From a virus, in IMG/VR virus record IMGVR_UViG_3300023184_000036: 64,000 nt of DNA; one strand, given 5' to 3'. The position numbers and the translations under genes were made by a program. Of the stretch, positions 57,071-64,000 are shown one piece after another. Within the stretch, counting starts at the first letter, position 1; each line of letters opens with the position of its first letter. Below the pieces are notes generated by a model. That model did no database searches. It was not told where the DNA came from and was given only the letters and a program-made list of their open reading frames with translations.

Positions 57071-57694
57071 TTAATCAAAATCTACTGCAACGTGTGTTGG
57101 ATTATCGCCACCCGCAACCTTTGGATAAGTTCCTTTAGGTCTTGCTAAATCTGTTCCACTTGGAACTGCTGCACGTGTTGGTTTTACAATTTCATGTGGA
57201 CTATTTGTATAAGGACGATTGGTAGCGTCATCCATAGTAATACTTGTTTCATCACCCATAGGATTCATTGGTAGTTGAGAACCTACTGCTGCAATAGGTG
57301 CGGCAATTGTAGCTACTGCTGGTGTATTATCAGCAGCCATAGTCATACTTGTTTCTGCATTAATCATACCAGCAAGTTTAAGAATTTGACCAAGCACAGC
57401 ATCTTCGCCACTTAAATCAATCTTAACACCTTCGGAAACTGGAATACCGTTTAGCTTTGAAACACTGCTTATAGCACGACCCACTTCTTCTGGACTACGA
57501 TTACTGATTTCACCCAACTTTGCTAAAACATCAAACATTTGTGCGCTATTTGCTGCACGTGATGCTGTAACACCTTCTCTTACTGCACCAGTGTGTGGTG
57601 TTAGTTTATTTGCATTATCAATAGCACGACCAATATCTTCGGGGCTACGGTGTGAGATTTGTTCAAGTCTCTTTAATACGTCAATCATTTCCAT
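57071..57694 (-). CDS. Hypothetical late protein with internal tandem repeat
   Basis: MIDVLKRLEQISHRSPEDIGRAI / MFDVLAKLGEISNRSPEEVGRAI; ILKLAG motif. Confidence 0.7.
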   Translation of the reverse strand: MEMIDVLKRLEQISHRSPEDIGRAIDNANKLTPHTGAVREGVTASRAANSAQMFDVLAKLGEISNRSPEEVGRAISSVSKLNGIPVSEGVKIDLSGEDAVLGQILKLAGMINAETSMTMAADNTPAVATIAAPIAAVGSQLPMNPMGDETSITMDDATNRPYTNSPHEIVKPTRAAVPSGTDLARPKGTYPKVAGGDNPTHVAVDFD

Positions 57695-57696
57695 AA

Positions 57697-58266
57697 TTAT
57701 GCTCTCCCCGTTCTTGGGCGTTCTGGTAATTTATTTTTTGTTGTTCCAACTGGGCTTGTGTTGGATTGTGGAATATCATTTGTAGTTTTACCTACTTCTG
57801 GCTTTACTGCAAACTGATGTTCAATAGTCTTAACTTTTAATGCATTTGCAAGGTCAGCAAGCAATTGTGGTGCTTTCTGTGTAGGAAGTGGTGTGTCAAG
57901 AATTGCACGACCTTCTGCCTCTGGAGCAATAGGTGCGGCAAGAACTTCTTGATTTGGTGTTACAACCATAATACGAGATAAAGAAATACCAGTTGCTTCA
58001 TGAATTGCTGCTTGCATTTCTAATGGACTTATTGGATAATTTACAACCATATCAATGATATAAAGATCGGTTGCCTTTAAGTGACCAAATCCTGTGTGAT
58101 CTTCACTGACTGGCAAACGCTTTGGTTCACTTATTGCTTCAAGATTCCACCGAGCAAGAACCTTTTGAAGTTTGTCTAATTCTTCTTTTGTAGGTTCCTG
58201 TGCTAATTTAGCACGGAAACCATACTTCTTTTCATGGTCTAACAAATACTGAATATAGGGTTTCAT
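57697..58266 (-). CDS. Hypothetical late protein
   Basis: TAAATA and AGGA upstream; C-terminal NTSPV. Confidence 0.7.
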   Translation of the reverse strand: MKPYIQYLLDHEKKYGFRAKLAQEPTKEELDKLQKVLARWNLEAISEPKRLPVSEDHTGFGHLKATDLYIIDMVVNYPISPLEMQAAIHEATGISLSRIMVVTPNQEVLAAPIAPEAEGRAILDTPLPTQKAPQLLADLANALKVKTIEHQFAVKPEVGKTTNDIPQSNTSPVGTTKNKLPERPRTGRA

Positions 58267-58287
58267 TTCCTAATACCTTTTAGATAT

Positions 58288-58713
58288 TTATTGTTTTCGG
58301 AAGGATTTTAGAAGTTCGTTTCTGTCGAAAACTTGTGCCTCTATAGTTTCTGGCTCATCACCCTTATCTTTACCCATATCAAACTTTAACTTCTGTGCTT
58401 TAAGGGCAAGTTCAGTTTGTTTTAGCTTCTTTTGAACTTTACCAAGTTTGGCAGTAACAGCAGTTGCCAACATTTTAGCACTTGCTTCAAATATAGGTGC
58501 ACTAAATCTAGCTTCAACATTCATACCAAGACTCTGTAGATTTTCAAAACTTTCAACTGCTTTATCAACTAATTCATCCAATTCTTTATCCATTGCATCT
58601 TCTGGTTGCTCTGGAATAGCACTTTCAAGTTGATGCGCAGTTTCGATTGCTTCTGCAACTTCTTTACTTGGTGCTGGTGGTAAGTCAAATAGTTCTTCAA
58701 GTTTTTGAGTCAT
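58288..58713 (-). CDS. Helical protein, candidate terminase small subunit
   Basis: Size, central coiled coil, C-terminal FDRNELLK; position between gp4 and terL. Confidence 0.4.
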   Translation of the reverse strand: MTQKLEELFDLPPAPSKEVAEAIETAHQLESAIPEQPEDAMDKELDELVDKAVESFENLQSLGMNVEARFSAPIFEASAKMLATAVTAKLGKVQKKLKQTELALKAQKLKFDMGKDKGDEPETIEAQVFDRNELLKSFRKQ

Positions 58714-58721
58714 ACTATAAT

Positions 58722-59162
58722 TTATCTTTTTGCTTTTTTTGTATTTGTAAACATATCATGTTCTGTTATAACTCTAAAACTTATTCCATTACGTTTACAA
58801 AATTCTTTAGCTGCTTCCCATTTTGCTTGATTTACTACTGCTTGAATTTGATTTTTTGTGGATCGACCAGCAGCTTCTAATGTAGTTTCTTTATGGGGTT
58901 TAATTTCTACTAACTCGCCTTTACGATTACCACTTGCATCTTCATAAATTATAAAAAAATCTGGAACATAACTTTTTACTTTTTTAGCTACAGGATTTTC
59001 ATATTTTATACTAATGCTTTCACTTGCCCATTGTTTTACACTTGGGTGAGTGTCTAAAAAATTCATAAATCGCAACTCCCAACTGCTGCGATATTTTATA
59101 CTACCACGACCAATATATTTTTCTGGATTTGTTGGAATGAAAAATCCTTGGCTAAACTTCAT
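58722..59162 (-). CDS. Head completion nuclease (T4 gp4-like, TnsA-type)
   Basis: NPEKY.G, YRSSWE, WASE, YVPDF, EIKP, N.AKW.AA, ITE. Confidence 0.9.
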   Translation of the reverse strand: MKFSQGFFIPTNPEKYIGRGSIKYRSSWELRFMNFLDTHPSVKQWASESISIKYENPVAKKVKSYVPDFFIIYEDASGNRKGELVEIKPHKETTLEAAGRSTKNQIQAVVNQAKWEAAKEFCKRNGISFRVITEHDMFTNTKKAKR

Positions 59163-59515
59163 GGTATAATATTTCGTGCTACACTTGGTGCTATTGTTGT
59201 ATTTTTATTATAACCAAGTTTGCTTGTTGCGCCTTTTGCATTATTAAAAAAGCTAATTAATAAATTTTTTGTATTATTACTTGTGGGATTTGTTTGAAAT
59301 TGCTTAATGATATCAAGGGGTTCTAATTTATTATTATAACTTAATGTGATAACGCTTTGTGCCAGTGAACTTGCGGCATCAACACTTTGGGTTAAACCAT
59401 AAAAATATCCAAATACTTGACCCCATAGTGCTTCACTTACTTGAATAGGTTGACTAAAATAGCCATTAAAAAATACTTGGGTATCAGTTTGCTGATTATA
59501 AGGTATATTTGCCAT
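59159..59515 (-). CDS. Hypothetical virion protein
   Basis: TAAATA 5 nt before ATG; tail/head region. Confidence 0.65.
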   Translation of the reverse strand: MANIPYNQQTDTQVFFNGYFSQPIQVSEALWGQVFGYFYGLTQSVDAASSLAQSVITLSYNNKLEPLDIIKQFQTNPTSNNTKNLLISFFNNAKGATSKLGYNKNTTIAPSVARNIIP

Positions 59516-59523
59516 AAAATTAT

Positions 59524-61035
59524 TTATTGGTTTGTAGTTGAAGTTATTTTGTTATTTTGAATATAATTTTTTGCAAGTGGAACTAAATTAAAACCAGGAG
59601 GAACATTTAATTTACTAATATGACTGCTTGCCAGTGTAATATCACTATCAGTATATCCTTGTTTTTTTAATGTTTGAATCCAGTCGTCACTATTATAAAC
59701 AGCATTTGGTGGACTTGTTGGGTCAGCAAAACTTATGCTACTTGGAACATAATTTGGTTGACCATAGTTTACATCACCAATGCTTGCAACACTATTTGGA
59801 TTATCAATATATTGCTGTGCTATTACTGCTTTTGCAGTTTCAGTATTACTAAAACCACCATAACTAGCTAATGTTGATGTTGGAACAGTAGCAATGAAAT
59901 TAGATGCATCATTAACTTGTTGAGCACTATATCCTTGATTCCATAGTGTAGTTTGCCAACTATTTGTTTCAAATGGATTTGTTGGAACAAAGCTACGTGA
60001 AGTATCTATACTTTGTGTATTTGTATCAATATCACTTGGTCTTGGTGGTGGCAGTGGAACTGCTATTGCTACAGGCGCAACACTTGTATCAGCTAATGGA
60101 AATTCTGTATTTGCATTAGTTTGATTCAAGTCATTATTTTGAATGATAGCATTAATTTCTTCGGGGCTAAAACCTTGATTTGCAGTTGGATTATAATATG
60201 TTCCTTGATCTACAAATCCGAATGAACCTCTTTGTTGTTGGTAATATTGTCCACGATTTACAAACTCACTGCCTTGTTGTTCAAGTTGTCCAGTTACTGG
60301 ATTTATAAAATTATTTCTGCCTAAAATACCACTCAACGGACTTAATGAATTATCATAATATGCTGTTTCATTAAATCCTGGCATGTCCCGAACATAACCA
60401 CCTTCATAGGTTACTCCATTATAACGAACTTGCATAGTGGCTTCCATTAAACTATCGCTTGCGCTATAATCATGTGTATCGTGTTGAAAACTTGTAATTA
60501 CAGGACTCATAAGAGTTATCTTATTTGCTTGACCACTTTGCATGCTATATATTTCAATTGCACTTAAAAATGGTGTTAAACTTCCATTATCTAGACCCCA
60601 AGCACTATGCAGTCTTTGTTGATAACGATCATCATAGTTGTAATCATTTAAACTATATAGTCCATCAGCATAATAATAGTTGTAATAATCTTGCCATAAT
60701 TCACGTAAACCATTTTGGTTATCATCATGAAATTTGATAGTTACTGGATCATATTTTATACGATCTTGGATATAAGTGTGTTTATTATATTGGTTTAAGT
60801 CTTTTACATCTATAGTAAATCTTGGTAAGTCAATACTTTTTACAAGATAGCCAATTTCACGTGTAGAAACATGTCGTGGAACGCCTTGACCCAAAATAAA
60901 ATTAACATAAAAAAGAAATTTATACTTTGGACTACGACTAAAGTTACTAGTTCTAAAAATTTGAGCGGCGTGTGCATAATCATGAACATCACCGCCGCCC
61001 AATAAACTATTTAAAAAGCCCCATAAACTAGCCAT
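59524..61035 (-). CDS. Tail-tube-fold baseplate/tube initiator (gp48/gp54-like) with long C-terminal extension
   Basis: KSIDLP, QYN, I.YDPVTIKFHDD, DY, Y tube-like motifs; follows tube gene. Confidence 0.65.
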   Translation of the reverse strand: MASLWGFLNSLLGGGDVHDYAHAAQIFRTSNFSRSPKYKFLFYVNFILGQGVPRHVSTREIGYLVKSIDLPRFTIDVKDLNQYNKHTYIQDRIKYDPVTIKFHDDNQNGLRELWQDYYNYYYADGLYSLNDYNYDDRYQQRLHSAWGLDNGSLTPFLSAIEIYSMQSGQANKITLMSPVITSFQHDTHDYSASDSLMEATMQVRYNGVTYEGGYVRDMPGFNETAYYDNSLSPLSGILGRNNFINPVTGQLEQQGSEFVNRGQYYQQQRGSFGFVDQGTYYNPTANQGFSPEEINAIIQNNDLNQTNANTEFPLADTSVAPVAIAVPLPPPRPSDIDTNTQSIDTSRSFVPTNPFETNSWQTTLWNQGYSAQQVNDASNFIATVPTSTLASYGGFSNTETAKAVIAQQYIDNPNSVASIGDVNYGQPNYVPSSISFADPTSPPNAVYNSDDWIQTLKKQGYTDSDITLASSHISKLNVPPGFNLVPLAKNYIQNNKITSTTNQ

Positions 61036-61046
61036 TGGCTAAATCC

Positions 61047-61670
61047 TTAGCCAGAAATACTGGCCCCACTGGTTCTTGTCACAGCCTTACCAACTCCATT
61101 ACTAGTTGGAATTTGAAGTGCATTATCATAACGAATGGTCAATGTAATAGTTGCTGGATCATTGCTATTATAATCAAAGTTGTTATAATTTACTTCTGCC
61201 AAGAAGCAACCATACAATTGCCAAGTTTCAAGTGTAGTTGGACCGTTTTGACCATTGCCACCATCAAGTGCTTCAAATTGTGTAGTAAACTTATAATCAA
61301 TACCACTAACTGCACTTGTTTGTTCAGCAAAATCAAATTGCTTTTGGATTTGCTCACCAACAAGAACACGCACGCTGCCATTGGCATCATCACGAAGGTT
61401 AACAGTAACCTGTTGCCACTCAGGACGACCTTGTAGGTACATTCTGCTGTTATAAACTGGAATTTCAATTTGATTAAAGTTTACATTTGGACGTGTAAAA
61501 TCCATAACTTGCTTTGTAAGTTCTGTAGTTGGGTTTGTGACGCCAAAATTCAAGAATGTAACTCTAAAGCGGTATTTTAGCAAAGGCATTAATAAGCCTT
61601 GATTGCCCGCACTCTGGTCACTATTACTAGCAACAGGAACCGTCATGTTGAGTAATGATGCAACTGCCAT
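61047..61670 (-). CDS. Tail tube protein (T4 gp19-like)
   Basis: YRFRV.F, RP, G...W, DD, W.L.GCF, L..RYD; TATAAATA (61690-61697) and AGGAG RBS. Confidence 0.85.
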   Translation of the reverse strand: MAVASLLNMTVPVASNSDQSAGNQGLLMPLLKYRFRVTFLNFGVTNPTTELTKQVMDFTRPNVNFNQIEIPVYNSRMYLQGRPEWQQVTVNLRDDANGSVRVLVGEQIQKQFDFAEQTSAVSGIDYKFTTQFEALDGGNGQNGPTTLETWQLYGCFLAEVNYNNFDYNSNDPATITLTIRYDNALQIPTSNGVGKAVTRTSGASISG

Positions 61671-61731
61671 CTGTATCTCCTATTAAAAGTATTTATAACA
61701 ATTAGAATACTTTTTAAGGGGGGTATAAAAC

Positions 61732-61757
61732 AAAAAAGCCGCCTATAAAGGCGGCTT
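61732..61757 (-). terminator. Rho-independent terminator after tail sheath
   Basis: AAGCCGCCT/AGGCGGCTT stem with U tract. Confidence 0.8.
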
Positions 61758-61786
61758 CTTGTATTTTTTTATTTTAATGTATAATA

Positions 61787-64000
61787 TTATACACCCAAAG
61801 TTAAACTTGGAGTAATATTACTTAATCCACCTTGGTTTGCATTTGTACCAGCAATTGCACCAGTATTTAAGATACGAACAGGTATATAGATGAACTCTAC
61901 AGCCTTTGTTGGTTCAATTGCGATATCAATATGCAATTCATTTTGATCAATAGTAGATGGTGTATTGTTTGTAGTATCACAAACTACAAGATAATCATAC
62001 ACACCACGTTGAGTTTTAACATCGTTTAGCAATGCTGATACAGCGTTTGTAGCAGTATTACGTGTTACAGTGTCGTTTGGCTCAAATACCAATGGTTTAG
62101 CAATACGTTCAAGGTTGTAACGTAGATAGTTGATTAGACGTGCAACGTTGATACGGTCAAGAGCAGTAGCAGTTGCCTGACGAGTATGGTTACCATAGTT
62201 AAGAATACCTTCTGTTGGGAACACTGCAACTGGATTTACGTTATTGCTATATAGTAAATCACGTAGACCTTGGTTAGTTCCAATACTATAGAACTTACCA
62301 GTTACACGGTCAACATAACCAATCTTGATTACATTGTCAATTTTACCACGCAATGAACCTGCTGGTGCAAACCATGGAGCACTTGCTTGATCGCTCTTAA
62401 TAATCATACGTAGGATTGCATGTGTAATAGGAACAACAATCTGACCATTGCCATCAAGTGCATTTGTATAACCTGCACCTGGATAGAACACAGCAGTATA
62501 ACTATCACTCGTAGCAAGACCATCTTCACCAGTGCTTGCAACACCACTTGTGTTAGTAACATAGTTGCTTACACTTGTAGTATCAGCAGTAAGACCCATT
62601 GGTGTGTCAGCAATGATAAATCCAGTGTTACGACGATCATTATTAAGTGAAATTAGATTTGTCGTCAATTCTGGATATCCTGGACATACAAGAAGATTAA
62701 AGTTAGTTTGATCTTCACGTATTGTTGTATTATTATCAACTGCTGTCTTAAGTGCATTTACAACAACATTGCGAACTGCCTTACGACCCATGTAAGGAAC
62801 ACCAGCAGTATTGCTACCACTTACACTTTGCCAAGTAGCAGCAACAGCAGGAATAGTTCCTAATGGATAGTTTGCACTTGTAAACTTGTTAGCCTTGTAT
62901 TGTTTTACATTATAAGTGCTACGACGAGTATTGAATAGCAACATACCACGTGGATATAGTTGTGGATTTGGTGCATCTAAATCAAGATAATTGCTTGTCA
63001 ATAGACTTACAATTGTTGGCTTTGCATCAAGAGCAGGATCTACTGTGCCGGAAGTATCCCAACGTGCATCAGCAAACAAGATACCATTTTCAGTTGTATT
63101 ATCAGTGTTATCAATTTGAACCCACTGTGCGGTGCCGCTTACACTCTGCCAACGATAAATCTTTGGATAGTTTTCAAGATCACTTGTATCTACCCATAGG
63201 TCACCATAAACAAGACTTGAATTGTCAGTTTGTTTTGTAGGTTGACTTGCACTAATAATTGGACCAAGTGGATCTGTATTTGCAAGATTATATCCACGTG
63301 CATCACTACTTACGTTTTGATAACCTCTCCAATTAGTGCCATTACTAATCATAATGTCAACTTCAAGTGGAGTTGAAGCATACCAATAAGTGCCGTCATC
63401 AGGTTCTACAACTGGTTGTGTAGCTTGTTGGTAAAGATTACTTGCAGGATACCAATTACTACCAATAAGATAACCATCACTTTCATCATCAAATACGTTA
63501 TCAAGACTTGTTGTAATACCAGCAGCAGTAATTGGAGTTCCACTTACGTTGTGAAATTCAATATCACCACCACTTGTATGACTAATTGAAATGTAATTAG
63601 TTGCACTTAATGATGCAGTAAGATATGGAACATTAGCCGCAAGTACATCACTTACAAAACTTGCCGCACTTGTGCTACTCAATGTAATTGTATATGCGCT
63701 ACTCCAGCTGCTACTACCAGGACTTGTTGTTCTTATAGTAAAGCTATTACCAGCACTAAATGTTGGATTTGCAACACTACCAGTAACAACAGTAGCAGTT
63801 CCACCACCATTCCATTGTAATAGTTTATATGTGCCTGTGTTTGTACCAAGAACATCATATTCAACAAATAGCGTATCTGCTGCAATACCTAAACCACCAA
63901 GTGTTGGATCAAGATTATAAAGTGCAGTTTTACGATCTGCATAAACTGGTGCAGGTATAGTGTCAAACGCCATAGTAGCACTGTTATAACGATAAATCTT
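61787..64000 (-). CDS. Tail sheath protein (T4 gp18-like), 5' end outside window
   Basis: PWFAPAG..RG, LY...VNP, DRINVARL, FEPND..TR, VCD.TNN, P.KAVEFIYI. Confidence 0.92.
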   Translation of the reverse strand, partial: KIYRYNSATMAFDTIPAPVYADRKTALYNLDPTLGGLGIAADTLFVEYDVLGTNTGTYKLLQWNGGGTATVVTGSVANPTFSAGNSFTIRTTSPGSSSWSSAYTITLSSTSAASFVSDVLAANVPYLTASLSATNYISISHTSGGDIEFHNVSGTPITAAGITTSLDNVFDDESDGYLIGSNWYPASNLYQQATQPVVEPDDGTYWYASTPLEVDIMISNGTNWRGYQNVSSDARGYNLANTDPLGPIISASQPTKQTDNSSLVYGDLWVDTSDLENYPKIYRWQSVSGTAQWVQIDNTDNTTENGILFADARWDTSGTVDPALDAKPTIVSLLTSNYLDLDAPNPQLYPRGMLLFNTRRSTYNVKQYKANKFTSANYPLGTIPAVAATWQSVSGSNTAGVPYMGRKAVRNVVVNALKTAVDNNTTIREDQTNFNLLVCPGYPELTTNLISLNNDRRNTGFIIADTPMGLTADTTSVSNYVTNTSGVASTGEDGLATSDSYTAVFYPGAGYTNALDGNGQIVVPITHAILRMIIKSDQASAPWFAPAGSLRGKIDNVIKIGYVDRVTGKFYSIGTNQGLRDLLYSNNVNPVAVFPTEGILNYGNHTRQATATALDRINVARLINYLRYNLERIAKPLVFEPNDTVTRNTATNAVSALLNDVKTQRGVYDYLVVCDTTNNTPSTIDQNELHIDIAIEPTKAVEFIYIPVRILNTGAIAGTNANQGGLSNITPSLTLGV

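Noticed and set aside
1-64000. Alternative genetic code, CRISPR array or DGR
   Set aside because: Core genes are full length under the standard code with TAA, TGA and TAG all used as stops; no spaced direct repeats, reverse transcriptase or TR/VR pair seen

Overview
This 64-kb window comes from a large, AT-rich, T4-like (myovirus or jumbo-type) phage genome, and most genes lie on the minus strand. From left to right it holds: a class Ia ribonucleotide reductase block (glutaredoxin, nrdB, nrdA, a GIY-YIG/NUMOD3 endonuclease); a large beta-propeller/beta-helix tail-fibre-like protein; late head-associated genes including a Pol-beta-type nucleotidyltransferase; and a replication block (DnaE-like polymerase, gp41 helicase, gp61 primase, a second 182-aa mini-DnaE fragment, gp62-like clamp loader subunit, UvsW). 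Next come three small genes with tandem sigma70-type promoters, tRNA-Ala(UGC) beside a candidate structured ncRNA, and a ~10-kb GDP-sugar/glycosyltransferase cluster (Gmd, NDP-sugar C-methyltransferase, GDP-mannose 3,5-epimerase, SDR reductase, three paralogous GT-B proteins). The right end has uvsY-uvsX-gp32, a 942-aa modular protein, terminase, small paralogous proteins with capsid-targeting-like N-termini, gp4 head completion, tail tube and the 3' part of the tail sheath. AT-rich tailoring-type genes (three radical SAM, AsnB-like, P-loop/sulfotransferase-like, PIG-L, SGNH) are scattered among the core genes. The best leads are: a phage pathway for a C-methyl-branched GDP-sugar plus transferases; two DnaE-derived proteins, one miniaturised or split; peptide modules shared between putative virion-internal proteins, including the nucleotidyltransferase; the candidate ncRNA; and widespread leaderless promoter-ATG geometry. 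All calls are from motif reading only; no database search was run.
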